DNA from: an uncultured Acidobacteriota bacterium | GTDB taxonomy: Bacteria; Acidobacteriota; Vicinamibacteria; Vicinamibacterales; JAFNAJ01 | DNA length: 64,000 nucleotides | Direction: 5' to 3' | Assembly (NCBI GenBank): GCA_963697285.1 | Contig: CAVONI010000012.1 | Span: forward strand, 248,616-312,615 | Part shown: one piece after another, positions 11,320 through 22,876 of the stretch | Numbering within the stretch: the first letter of the stretch is position 1 | Layout: each line of letters starts with the position of its first letter | The notes under the pieces: model-generated | Seen by the model: the letters and a program-made list of their open reading frames with translations, nothing else | What the model was told of the DNA's origin: nothing | The model's database searches: none | Position numbers and translations under genes: made by a program

Positions 11320-11590
11320 CGGGCTGCGTGATGCATCCCAACTGCTGCAGCCACGACTCGACGATGCCGTCGGCGTCCTGCCGATCGGACAAGCCCTCGA
11401 GTTCGGCGAGGATGCGCGTCAACACGCATTCGACATGCGAGATCGCCTGCTCCGAGAAGTACTCGCGCTGGTGCTCGAGCGAGCGCTGTACCTTCAGGAA
11501 CTCCTCGCGATAGAAATCGATACGTGTGTGGGAGATCCTGCTGCTGGAGTGGAAGACGACGTGAGGGATCCGGAGATGCGAGAGGCTCAT
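11288..11590 (-). CDS. Hypothetical protein (100 aa)
   Basis: Non-shadow composition; fits between ftsX and glycerate kinase on the same strand. Confidence 0.65.
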   Translation of the reverse strand: MSLSHLRIPHVVFHSSSRISHTRIDFYREEFLKVQRSLEHQREYFSEQAISHVECVLTRILAELEGLSDRQDADGIVESWLQQLGCITQPDAWCDPRQVH

Positions 11591-11640
11591 GTCCGACGTC
11601 TTCAGCAGTCTACCGACGTGCGGCCACGAGTGTCAACGCA

Positions 11641-12528
11641 TCACCGCTGTCGCTCGGCGTCGCGCAGGGCCATCGCGGCCGCGAGTGCGCCGGCGGCCCC
11701 CGAGGCCGCGACGATGAGGCTGGTGATCCCGAGGGTGATCTCCGGCACGACATCGAAGCCCAGGCCCGTCGATGCCGCCGTCAGCCGCACCGACACCAGC
11801 GGCAGGAGCACGCGCAACGTGATGAGCCCGACGACGGCGCCGAGCACGCCCTGCAGCACCCCCTCCAGGACGAACGGGCCACGGATGGCCGACAGCGGGG
11901 CGCCGACGAGATAGAGGATGTCGATCTCGTCGCGACGCGCGACGTACGACAGGCGCACCACGGCGTAGAGCATCGTCCACGCCGCGAGGACGAGCAGGAG
12001 ACCCAATGCCAGCCCGGCGCGGCTCACCGCGCGGCCGATGCGCTCGAGGCGCTCGATCCACTGCTGGTCGTATCGCACGTCCGAAACCGAGGGCAGGGCG
12101 CGCACCTCCGCCGCGAGCGACTCGACATCCGGCGCCGCACCGCTGCGCAGCGTTACGTCGAACGACAGCGGCAGCGCCGTGATGTCGTCGCGGATGCCGC
12201 CGGCGAGATCCGGAAACGCCGCCGTGAAGCGCTCCAGGGCCTCGGTGCGGGTCACGAACCGCACTCCCTCGACCGCACGATGCGCGCGGAGCATGTCGGC
12301 GATGCGCGACTGATCCGCGTCGGACGCGCCATCTGCGAGGAACACCGACAGTTCCGCCGATGCGGCCAGGCGTGTCAGCGCCATCCGCACGCCGACGCTG
12401 AACGACAGGCTCAGGCTCAACACGAGGACCGCCGTCGTGATGACCACGAGAGCCAGCAGGGTCGTGCGCCACGCACGCCGCGCGCTCAGCACCGCGTCGG
12501 CCAGCCACTGGCGGACGACGCGCATCAT
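11641..12528 (-). CDS. ftsX: Cell division permease FtsX
   Basis: Four TM pattern, RRDEIDILYLVGAPLSAIRGPFVLEG; overlaps ftsE. Confidence 0.9.
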   Translation of the reverse strand: MMRVVRQWLADAVLSARRAWRTTLLALVVITTAVLVLSLSLSFSVGVRMALTRLAASAELSVFLADGASDADQSRIADMLRAHRAVEGVRFVTRTEALERFTAAFPDLAGGIRDDITALPLSFDVTLRSGAAPDVESLAAEVRALPSVSDVRYDQQWIERLERIGRAVSRAGLALGLLLVLAAWTMLYAVVRLSYVARRDEIDILYLVGAPLSAIRGPFVLEGVLQGVLGAVVGLITLRVLLPLVSVRLTAASTGLGFDVVPEITLGITSLIVAASGAAGALAAAMALRDAERQR

Positions 12529-13199
12529 CGCGTGGCCCCGATCGACGTGACGTCTGCCCGCCCGTGCGACAGCGTGATCGCCCGATGGCCCACGCGCGTG
12601 ATCAGCCCGCGATCGTGCGTCGCGACCACGACGGTGGTGCCGCGCGCGTTCATCTCGCGGAACAACTGGAGCACGTCGCGGGCGAGGTCGGGGTCGAGGT
12701 TGCCCGTCGGCTCGTCGGCCAGCACCAGCACCGGATCGTTGACAAGGGCGCGCGCAATGGCGACGCGCTGCTGCTCGCCTCCCGACAACTCGAGCGGGAA
12801 CGCGTCGAGCCGGTGCTGCAGGCCGACGCCGTGCAGGACGGCGAGCGCGCGTCGCCGCTGCACCGACGGGGGCTGTCCCAGCGCCCGCAACACGACCGTC
12901 ACGTTCTCGAGGACCGTCCGGCGCGGAATGAGCTTGAAGTCCTGGAAGACGAAGCCGACCGAGCGGCGGTATGCCTGCACCTCGGCGCGCGACAGCGTCG
13001 CGAGGTCGCGACCGTCGACGACGAGGCGCCCCTCGCTGGGGATCTCGTCGCGCACGAGCAGGCGCAGGAAGGTCGACTTGCCCGATCCGCTCGGCCCCGT
13101 GAGGAACACGAATTCCCCGCGTCCGATCGACAGGGTCAGCCCCCGCAACGCGAAGACGCCGCGCGTGTACACCTTGGCGAGATCGACGGCCTCGATCAC
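12525..13199 (-). CDS. ftsE: Cell division ATP-binding protein FtsE
   Basis: GPSGSGKST, VFQDFKLI, LSGGEQQRVAIARA, ADEPTGNLDP. Confidence 0.93.
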   Translation of the reverse strand: MIEAVDLAKVYTRGVFALRGLTLSIGRGEFVFLTGPSGSGKSTFLRLLVRDEIPSEGRLVVDGRDLATLSRAEVQAYRRSVGFVFQDFKLIPRRTVLENVTVVLRALGQPPSVQRRRALAVLHGVGLQHRLDAFPLELSGGEQQRVAIARALVNDPVLVLADEPTGNLDPDLARDVLQLFREMNARGTTVVVATHDRGLITRVGHRAITLSHGRADVTSIGATR

Positions 13200-13216
13200 G
13201 GGCGTCCCACCTCGGC

Positions 13217-14725
<1,509 letters not shown>

Positions 14726-14835
14726 ACAACTCCCTGGACCCGAACAGGCGTGGCCACAGACACCGCGAGGCGCTGCGAAGCGGAACTGGGATCCTACCGG
14801 GCAGGGCGTCGAATCGTCAACCGCAGCGACCGGTG

Positions 14836-16326
14836 TCAGGCCCGCTTGTGCGCCGCCGCCTGCAGCCCGGTCACCAGGTGGTCGACATGCGGCTCGCCGT
14901 GCGCACCTTCGTCTCGCGTCAGCACCGACCCGTTCAGCGCCCCGCTCCGCTGCCTGCGGGAAATCGTGGCCCCGAGTTCGAGGCGCTCGAGCCGCCGATA
15001 CAAGGCCCGTCGGCTGACCCCGAGCATCCGCGCCGCCGCCTTCTTGTTTCCGCCCACCCGCTGCAGCGCCTTCATGATGTGCTCGCGTTCAACCGTCGAG
15101 AGCGTTCGCCCATCGTCGAGCGCGATCGGCGCGCCCGGGCGCGCATCGACCACGGGTGGGAGGCTGCGCTGGACGTCCTGCTCGGTGAGCATGGAGCCGT
15201 CGGCGAGCATGCACGTGCGCTCGATGACATTGCGCAACTCGCGGACGTTGCCGCCCCAGGTCGCCGCCGACAGCATCACCTCGGCATTCGGGGTCAATCC
15301 GTGGATCGGCTTGCCGAGGCGGTCTGCCATCTCGCGGAGGAACGCGGCGGTGAGATACGGGATGTCGTCGCGGTGCTCGCGCAGCGGCGGAATGACCAGT
15401 TCGACACTGTTGAGCCGATACAACAGGTCGCTGCGGAAGCGCCCCGCGGCGACCTCGGCGCGCAGGTCGCGGTGGGTGGCGGCGATCACGACGACGTCGA
15501 TCCGCTGGTCGCCCGGACCACCCGCGCCGTGGAGTTCGCCGGTTTCGATCACCCGCGAGAGCCTGGCCTGGATGGCCGTCGGCAGGTTCGCCACCTCGTC
15601 GAGGAACAGCACGCCCCCGTCGGCCGCCGCCAACACCCCTGGTTGCGCCGAGGCTCCGTGCGGCGACGGCGCCACGCCAAACAGCGTCGCCTCGAACGCC
15701 GGGTCGCCCGACGCCGCGCAGTCCACGACCACGAACGGCCGGTCGCGACGAGGCCCCATCGCGTGGAGCGCCCGGGCCACGAGTTCCTTGCCTGTGCCGG
15801 TCTCGCCCGAGACCAGCGCCGACCGCAGGTGCAGGGCGAAACGGCGGACCTGGTCGAACAGGCCCTGCATGGCGGCGCTCCGGCCGATCATGCCGCAGAA
15901 CTCGAGCTGCCTGGCGAGGCCGGCCTCGGCCGTCACGAGCGCACGGCGGCGGTCGATCGTGTCGCGCACCGACGCGAGCAGGCTCTCGAGCCGCGCCAGG
16001 TCGAAGGGCTTGCTCAGGTAGTCGAGCGCACCGAGCTTGATGGCTTCGACCGCAGTATCGACGGTGGCATACCCGGTCATCAGGATGGTCTGACACCCCG
16101 GACTGGCGTTGCGGAGGCTTCGGAGCACGTCGAGTCCGCCCACTTCGGGCATGCACAGGTCGACGATTGCCGCGTCGGCCCGATGTTCGCGCACGAGGGC
16201 CACCGCGTTGGCGCCGGTCGTACACGTGACGACCGAGAACCCCGCCCGCTGCGCGTGGTGCCGCACGACCGCAAGCACGCCCGGTTCATCGTCGATGACG
16301 AGAAGCACCGGAGACTGACCCATCAT
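14836..16326 (-). CDS. NtrC-like response regulator (REC-AAA+-Fis HTH) lacking the GAFTGA loop
   Basis: DDEPG/DLCMP receiver, [46 protein letters not shown]. Confidence 0.9.
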   Translation of the reverse strand: MMGQSPVLLVIDDEPGVLAVVRHHAQRAGFSVVTCTTGANAVALVREHRADAAIVDLCMPEVGGLDVLRSLRNASPGCQTILMTGYATVDTAVEAIKLGALDYLSKPFDLARLESLLASVRDTIDRRRALVTAEAGLARQLEFCGMIGRSAAMQGLFDQVRRFALHLRSALVSGETGTGKELVARALHAMGPRRDRPFVVVDCAASGDPAFEATLFGVAPSPHGASAQPGVLAAADGGVLFLDEVANLPTAIQARLSRVIETGELHGAGGPGDQRIDVVVIAATHRDLRAEVAAGRFRSDLLYRLNSVELVIPPLREHRDDIPYLTAAFLREMADRLGKPIHGLTPNAEVMLSAATWGGNVRELRNVIERTCMLADGSMLTEQDVQRSLPPVVDARPGAPIALDDGRTLSTVEREHIMKALQRVGGNKKAAARMLGVSRRALYRRLERLELGATISRRQRSGALNGSVLTRDEGAHGEPHVDHLVTGLQAAAHKRA

Positions 16327-16506
16327 GTCGCAATCCTCCAAGCGGGGGACGCCCTGGTTCTGCCAGGGCTGTGCGCACCCGCTCACGGCGACAGAATCGG
16401 CACCGCGTGGCCGAACTTGATGACGGTCATGCCGTGTCTCGTGCTGCCGATACCCCCACTGTGACGGTGGCGCACATGCCGCTGGCGTCTGTCCGTCGCC
16501 CCTGGA

Positions 16507-16893
16507 GTGGTCCTGGTGCCCATCACGAGTGTCCTGCTGGCCGAAGATGATCCGCACATCCGTCGCGTCTCGGAGATCGCGCTGCGCCGCAGCGGCTTCG
16601 AAGTCTGCACCGTGGCCGACGGCGCCGAAGCCCTCGAGTTGCTCGATGACCGCCTCTTCGACCTGGTCGTCCTCGACGGCATGATGCCCAACGTCGACGG
16701 CCTCGAGGCCTGCCGTCAGATCAAGGCCAACCCGCGCACCGCCCACGTCCGCGTCATCATGCTCAGCGCCCGGAGCCAGGAGGCCGACGAACGAGCTGGA
16801 TTCGAGGCGGGCGCATGCGCGTACATCCGCAAGCCGTTCAACGCCCTCGGGCTGGGCACCCAAATCCGCCAGATCTGCGGCGACGCCGCCTGA
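16507..16893 (+). CDS. Single-domain response regulator (CheY-like)
   Basis: LLAEDD, LDGMMPNVDG, MLSA, KPF. Confidence 0.9.
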   Translation: MVLVPITSVLLAEDDPHIRRVSEIALRRSGFEVCTVADGAEALELLDDRLFDLVVLDGMMPNVDGLEACRQIKANPRTAHVRVIMLSARSQEADERAGFEAGACAYIRKPFNALGLGTQIRQICGDAA

Positions 16894-16895
16894 GC

Positions 16896-18299
16896 ATGAC
16901 TCCCTGGCCCTCGCTGCGACCGGTGGTGGCGTCAGGGCTCGTCGTGCCCGTCGCCGCGCTGGCGGCGCTCGGCGGCTGGACGGAGTCGCCGGCAGCGATG
17001 GCGGCGGCGACGGCCGCCGCGCTCGCCGCGTGGTTCCTGGGCGTGCGGCACCTGCATGCCATCGCCGCGGCCACGGCCGCCGTCACAAGGCTGAGCGAGG
17101 GCGACGTGTCGGTCACGCTGCCCGAGAGCGGCAGCGCTGACCTGCGTGCGCTCGCGCGGGCGATCAATCAACTCGGGGCCACGGCCGGGCGCCGCGAAGA
17201 GCAGCTGAACGGCGCGCTCGACGATGCGGCGACGCAGCGGGACCTGTTCTCGTCGATCATCAACGCCTCGAGCGACGGGCTGCTGCTCTACGACACGTCG
17301 CGCGTGCTGCTGGCCGCCAACAGCCGGTGCGGAGACCTGCTGGGGTTCACCGTCGAGCAGTTGCTGCATACCCCGGGAGAGGCGCTCATGGGCGACATCG
17401 CGCAGCGCACCGTCGGCGCCGACACCTACCGCGCCCGCCTCGAACGCCACTTCGCGCATGGCGACCAGGCCCACCAGGACGTGCTCGTGTTGAACGAGCC
17501 CCGCCGGCGGGTGCTGCGACGCTACTCGTGCCCGGTCGTCACTCACCGAGGGGTGCAAGGGCGCCTGTTCACCTACACCGACGTCACCGCCGAGTCGGAT
17601 CTCGACCGGATGAAGAGCGAGTTCGTCTCGACGGCCAGCCACGAGCTGCGGACGCCTCTCACGTCGGTGCACGCCGCGCTCCAGCTCGCCCTGTCGGGCA
17701 GCGGCGACCGCCTGTCTCCCGAAGACCGCGAGCTGCTGGAGATTTCGCTCGCCAACACCGAGCGGCTTGTGCGCCTCGTGAACGACCTGCTCGACCTGTC
17801 GAAACTCGAGGCGGGCCGAATGCCGTTCGAACTCTCGCCGGTGCCGGTGGCGTCGCTGCTCGAGGAGGCGGCGCGGGGCATCCACGCGCTCACCGCCGGC
17901 CGCGCCGCCGCCATCCTCGTGGAGCCAGCCGACGCCTCCCTGCAGATGGCCGCCGATCACGATCAAATCCTGCGGGTGCTGACCAACCTCCTGGGCAACG
18001 CACTCAAGTACTCGCCACCGGGAATCCGCGTGCGCGTCAGCGCGCGTCGCTCTCCGGATGGCGTCGAGGTGGCGGTCGAGGACGACGGGCCGGGCATCCC
18101 CGCCGAGCAGGTCGATCGGTTGTTCCACCCGTTCTCGCGGCTCGGCGTGCACGAGCGCCAGGCCAGCGGGGGCACCGGCCTGGGCCTGGCCATCTCGCGC
18201 GCGATCGTGGAGCAGCATGGTGGCCGGATCTGGTGGGAGCGAATCCAGCCGCGCGGCAGCCGCTTCGTGTTCGTCGTCCCGCTCGCCGAGGACGCCTAG
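16896..18299 (+). CDS. Sensor histidine kinase (TM-HAMP-PAS-HisKA-HATPase)
   Basis: ASHELRTPLTS H-box, NLLGNALKYS, VEDDGPGIP, GGTGLGL. Confidence 0.92.
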   Translation: MTPWPSLRPVVASGLVVPVAALAALGGWTESPAAMAAATAAALAAWFLGVRHLHAIAAATAAVTRLSEGDVSVTLPESGSADLRALARAINQLGATAGRREEQLNGALDDAATQRDLFSSIINASSDGLLLYDTSRVLLAANSRCGDLLGFTVEQLLHTPGEALMGDIAQRTVGADTYRARLERHFAHGDQAHQDVLVLNEPRRRVLRRYSCPVVTHRGVQGRLFTYTDVTAESDLDRMKSEFVSTASHELRTPLTSVHAALQLALSGSGDRLSPEDRELLEISLANTERLVRLVNDLLDLSKLEAGRMPFELSPVPVASLLEEAARGIHALTAGRAAAILVEPADASLQMAADHDQILRVLTNLLGNALKYSPPGIRVRVSARRSPDGVEVAVEDDGPGIPAEQVDRLFHPFSRLGVHERQASGGTGLGLAISRAIVEQHGGRIWWERIQPRGSRFVFVVPLAEDA

Positions 18300-18341
18300 C
18301 CACGCGCCAGGGCGATGCCACCGCTCGGTCGCGCACAGCGC

Positions 18342-18365
18342 CTGCCCTGGCGGATGCCAGGGCAG
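18342..18365. terminator. Hairpin between convergent kinase and HAD genes (no U-tract)
   Basis: CTGCCCTGGC-ggat-GCCAGGGCAG perfect 10-bp stem. Confidence 0.4.
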
Positions 18366-18419
18366 CCGTGACGCCGCGGGGCGCTGGAAGGCCTTGCCCT
18401 TCGACTGAGGGCTCAGGGT

Positions 18420-19103
18420 TCAGAAATGCTGCGGCAGTTCGTCGAAACGCTCGAGTTGCAGGAAGCGGTCGCCGGGGCGTGGCTGCGGCAGGGGTTCGAG
18501 TTCGAGGACCCACGTGGCGGCGTGCGGGATGAACACCGCGCCCCAGCCGGCGGCCATCGCCGGAAGGACGTCCGAGCGGGGACTATTGCCCACCATCCAG
18601 GTCTCCTCGGGCCTGACGCCGTGCCGATGCGCCGCGTCGACGTAGGCGGCCGTGTCCTTCTCGTGGACCACGTCGACCGCGTGGAACCACTCGCGCAAGC
18701 CCGATCGCTCGACCTTCTGGTGCTGGTCACCGGCGTCGCCCTTCGTCAGCATGATGAGGCGATACCGCGAGGCGAGGGTGTCGAGGGTGTCGGCCACGCC
18801 CGGGAGCAGGGCCATGGGCTGCGCGGCGATCCCGGCGCAGTGGACGTCGAGTTCCTCGATCGATGGGTGCCGAGACGCCATCGAGCAGGCCCCGGCAGGC
18901 TTCACGCAACGACTGGTTGAAGTTCTTGATCCCGTAGCCGTGTGTCTTGGTCCTGACGCGCTCGATGGTCAGCAGGCGGGCGCGGGCGTCGGCGGCGCGA
19001 TGCCATGACGGCCGACCAGCGTGCAATAGTGCTCGACGACCGCTTCGAAGTAGATGTTGTTCTCCCAGAGCGTGTCGTCAGCGTCGATGAATAGCGTCAG
19101 CAT
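18420..19103 (-). CDS. HAD-superfamily hydrolase; two apparent frameshifts
   Basis: MLTLFIDADDTLWENN (motif I) from ATG 19103, then GYGIKNF in a second frame, then LTKGD, EKD, MVGNSPRSD in a third. Confidence 0.82.
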
Positions 19104-19203
19104 TGCAGTCTCGGCAGGCGCTCTGGCCGCAAGCAATGGTAGATTGTAACGTCAGGCGGCCGGGCGCGAGGTAAACGGATTCGCGCAGGCCGCGTAGTGT
19201 CTC

Positions 19204-19833
19204 ATGGAGCGTTCACTCGCCGCCGCCGCGCCTCCGCTCGCCACCACGACCGACCTGGCTCGGATCGTCCGCGATGCGTGTACGGCCCAGCGACACGACG
19301 CGGCGTGCGCGGCATTCGGAGACCTGGTCCTGCTGCTGCAGCGTCGGGCCGTACGCCTCGCCTACGTCTACCTGCGCGACGCCGACGACGCCGACGACGT
19401 GGTCCAGGACGCGTTCGTGCGGGCGTTCACGCGGATCGGCGATTACCGGCCCGACCAGCCGTTCGAGCCCTGGTTCCTGAAGATCCTGGTGAACCAGTGC
19501 CTGGATCGCTTGAAGGCGCGGGAGCGACGGTCGCGGTGGATGGCGCCGCGAACGGACGACGACGAGTGGCAGGTCGAGGCGGTCGATTGCGCGCCGACGC
19601 CCGAGGATCGGCTGGTCGGCGCGGAGCGTGCGACGGCGCTGTGGGATGCCATTGCGACGCTGCCCGACCGGCAGCGCACGGTGGTCGTGCTGCACGAGAT
19701 TGACGGACAGAGCCCGAAGACCATCAGTGCGGTCACGGGCATCGGCGAATCGACGGTGCGGGTGCACCTGTTCAGGGCCCTGAAGAAGCTGCGGGCCTTG
19801 ATGGTGCCAGCCGGCGGGGCGTCGCGGGAGTAG
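19204..19833 (+). CDS. ECF RNA polymerase sigma factor
   Basis: ADDVVQDAFVRAF, FEPWFLKILVN, LPDRQRTVVVLHE, TVRVHLFRALKKLR. Confidence 0.92.
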   Translation: MERSLAAAAPPLATTTDLARIVRDACTAQRHDAACAAFGDLVLLLQRRAVRLAYVYLRDADDADDVVQDAFVRAFTRIGDYRPDQPFEPWFLKILVNQCLDRLKARERRSRWMAPRTDDDEWQVEAVDCAPTPEDRLVGAERATALWDAIATLPDRQRTVVVLHEIDGQSPKTISAVTGIGESTVRVHLFRALKKLRALMVPAGGASRE

Positions 19834-19838
19834 AACCG

Positions 19839-20330
19839 ATGGACAGGCTCGATCCTTCGCGCGTGGCGCCCCAGGCGCCGTTGTCGGCGGCCGACCGCGA
19901 GTGGCGCGCGAGCGTCGACGGACTCGTGTCGCTGGCCGATGCTGCGTTCGGCCGGGGCCGGCTGGAGCGGCAACGTGCGGCCATCGGCCGACGCGTTGCC
20001 CAGCGCAGCAGTGGCGCCCACGCGCGCGTCCTCCGATTCCCGGGTGCCGTGGTGCGGACGGCCGCAGCGCAGCCGTGGCGGCGTTGGGTGGCCGCAGCCG
20101 CCGTGATGGGACTGGTCGCCGGCGCGGCTGCCGGACGGTTCTTCCTGCCGACCCCGAGGCCGTCGGCCAGCCTGAGCCGAACCTTGCCGACGGTCGGGCA
20201 GATCACACCGGCACACCTGCGGATGTCGCCGGGTGACGAGGCATTCCTGATCGAGTTCGACGCAGCGCTCGCCGGCCCGTCGGGGGCGCCACTCCGGGCG
20301 CTCGACGCGCTGACGCCAGACGGACACTGA
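19839..20330 (+). CDS. Putative membrane anti-sigma factor
   Basis: Directly after the sigma factor; one TM segment WVAAAAVMGLVAGAAAG. Confidence 0.55.
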   Translation: MDRLDPSRVAPQAPLSAADREWRASVDGLVSLADAAFGRGRLERQRAAIGRRVAQRSSGAHARVLRFPGAVVRTAAAQPWRRWVAAAAVMGLVAGAAAGRFFLPTPRPSASLSRTLPTVGQITPAHLRMSPGDEAFLIEFDAALAGPSGAPLRALDALTPDGH

Positions 20331-20364
20331 CCCCGGGCGTCGACGCAACACGTATACTGCCGTT

Positions 20365-21559
20365 GTGCCCCCCCTGATCTTCCGCAAGGGCCTCGACCTC
20401 AAGCACGAGGTTGCCGGCCAGCTCGCCAACGACTACCACTCGATTCTCGTGGATCGTGTCCGCGAGAACGGCTTCGTGCATGCCGCCGGACACCTCACGC
20501 TCTTCCTCGCGCGGGAGTTCGGCTTCTGTTACGGCGTGGACCGCGCCGTCGACTACGCCTACCAGGCACGCACGGCGGTTTGCCGACCGCGACGTCTTCC
20601 TGACGGGCGAGATCATCCACAATCCCCACGTCAACCAGAAGCTCCGGACGGCCGGCATCAGGTTCCTCTCCGATCCGGGCGAATCGATGGACGTCCTGCG
20701 GCCTGGCGATGTCGTGATCCTGCCGGCGTTCGGCGTGACGCTGGGTGACCTCGACCGCCTGGTGTCGCGCGGCTGCACGCTCGTCGACACCACGTGCGGC
20801 TCGGTGCTGAACGTGTGGAAGAACGTCCTGCGCTATTCGCAGGATGGGTTCACGGCCGTCATCCACGGGAAGTACAACCACGAGGAGACGCGCGCGACAG
20901 CCTCACAGGCGCTCAAGTATCCCGACGGCCGCTACCTGATCGTGCTCGACTTCGCCGAGGCAGAGTACGTGTGCGACTACATCCGTCATGGGGGCGATCG
21001 CGAGCGGTTCCTGGCCACGTTCGCGCACGCGGTGTCGGACGGCTTCGACCCCGACCGCGACCTGCAGCGCATCGGACTCGCCAACCAGACGACGATGCTG
21101 ATGACCGAATCGCTGGCGATCGGCGTGATGTTCGAGCAGGCCATGCGCGACCGGTACGGCGCAGCGGCGCTCCCCGGTTGCTACCGCGCATTCGACACGA
21201 TCTGCAGCGCCACGCAGGAGCGGCAGGACGCCGTCGTGCAGTTGCTCGACAGCGAAGCCCTCGACGTGATGGTCGTCGTCGGCGGCTACAACAGCAGCAA
21301 CACCTGCAACCTTGCCGCGATCTGCGCCGAACGCGTCCCGACATATCACGTGGCCGAGCCGTCGTGCCTGGTTTCGTCGCGTGAGATCAAGCACCGTCCC
21401 GTGGGCACGCCCAAGGGGAAGGTGGTTGAAGTGGCGGCAAGTGACTGGCTGCCCACCGTCCGCCCCGTCCGCGTCGGGCTGACCGCCGGCGCCTCGACAC
21501 CCAACAACATCGTGGGTGAGGTCATCGAGCGCATCGACTCGCTCGTGAACGGCGCGTAG
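20365..21559 (+). CDS. ispH: 4-hydroxy-3-methylbut-2-enyl diphosphate reductase; apparent frameshift near 20575
   Basis: FGFCYGVDRAV, EIIHNPHVN, DTTCGSV, ANQTTM, DTICSATQERQ, VGGYNSSNT, TAGASTP. Confidence 0.92.
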
Positions 21560-21661
21560 CGCCGACCGCTCTGCCCCGCCGCACGCATCCCCTCGCATCG
21601 TCGACGCGCTCAAGCCGCCCCGATCGGCGCCGATGATCCTGATGACGGGTCCCCGCCCGTC

Positions 21662-22876
21662 GTGTCCCTGATGACCCGCATCCTGTTCGTCGACGACGAG
21701 ATCAGCGCCCTGCAAGGGTTCAGGCGCCTGCTGCGGCCGTTCGCCCAGCAGTGGACCATCGACTTCGCCACCACGGGCGAAGAGGCGCTGGCCAGGCTCG
21801 CCGAGACGCGCTTCGACGTGGTCGTGGCAGACATGCGCATTCGCGGGATGGACGGCGCGGCCCTGCTCGAACGCGTTCGCCAGGCACACCCCGATACCGT
21901 CCGGATCGTCCTGGCAGAGAGCGTGGACCGCGAGGGCATCCTGCGTGCGCTGGGCGCCGCACACCGGTGCCTCGTCAAGCCGTGCACGCCCGGCGCCCTG
22001 CGACAGGCTATCCAGGCGTCCGCCCGCGCGCGGGCCATGCTGCGTCTCGAGACCGTCCGCACGATGGTGTCGGAGCTGACCTGCGTGCCGAGCCTGCCGT
22101 CGGCGTACGCGGCCCTGGTGCGAGAGTTCGAGGCACCGAACACGTCGCTGGTGCGCGTGGCCGAACTCGTCGAGCGTGACCCCGGCATGACGGCGCAGGT
22201 GCTCCGCATCTGCAACTCGCTGCTGTTCGGCCTCCGCACCGAGGTGTCGAGCGCGGCGATGGCCGTCACGCTGATGGGCCTGCGAACCGTCGCGTCGCTG
22301 CTCCTCTCGATGCAGGTGTTCAAGCAGTTCGACGCCAGGGGGTTGGCCGACCTCGGATTCGAAGCGGTGTGCGAGCACAGCCTCTCGACCGCCTGGCTGG
22401 CGCGCGAGATCGCGCGCGCCGAAGGCTGCGGCACGATGGTGGCCGACCATGCCTTCACGGCAGCCCTGCTGCACGACGTGGGCAAGCTGCTGCTCGGCGT
22501 CAACTTCCCCACGCTGTGTCGCGAGGCGCGAATCGTGGCGTCGGCCCGGCTCACGACAGCCGCAGCGGCCGAACGCGCGGTGTTCGGCGCGGATCACGCC
22601 GAGGTCGGGGCCTTCCTCCTGGGCTTGTGGGGCCTGCCGCAGCCGCTCGTCGACGCGGTATGGCTCCATCACCGGCCGGCCGAGTCGGCGAGCCCTGCGC
22701 TGGACCTGGCGACCATCGTCCATGTGGCCGACGCGATCGACGGCGAGCACCGCGGCCTGGCGTGCAGCGGCCTCGACCACACCCACCTGGCCACACTCGG
22801 ACTGGAGGAGCGGCTCGACGCGTGGCGGTTGCTCCGCGTCGCGCCCGCCAACCAGCGCGTCGAAACAACGGCATGA
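21662..22876 (+). CDS. Response regulator with HDOD domain
   Basis: ILFVDDE/ADMR receiver; DPGMTAQVLRICNS, EHSLSTA, LLHDVGKL, DHAEVGAFLLGLWGLP. Confidence 0.9.
   Translation: MSLMTRILFVDDEISALQGFRRLLRPFAQQWTIDFATTGEEALARLAETRFDVVVADMRIRGMDGAALLERVRQAHPDTVRIVLAESVDREGILRALGAAHRCLVKPCTPGALRQAIQASARARAMLRLETVRTMVSELTCVPSLPSAYAALVREFEAPNTSLVRVAELVERDPGMTAQVLRICNSLLFGLRTEVSSAAMAVTLMGLRTVASLLLSMQVFKQFDARGLADLGFEAVCEHSLSTAWLAREIARAEGCGTMVADHAFTAALLHDVGKLLLGVNFPTLCREARIVASARLTTAAAAERAVFGADHAEVGAFLLGLWGLPQPLVDAVWLHHRPAESASPALDLATIVHVADAIDGEHRGLACSGLDHTHLATLGLEERLDAWRLLRVAPANQRVETTA

Noticed and set aside
16467-16482. TGGCGCACATGCCGCT as a sigma54 promoter for the CheY-like gene
   Set aside because: GG-N10-GC spacing fits but the -12 element is CCGC rather than TTGC; likely by chance at this GC content
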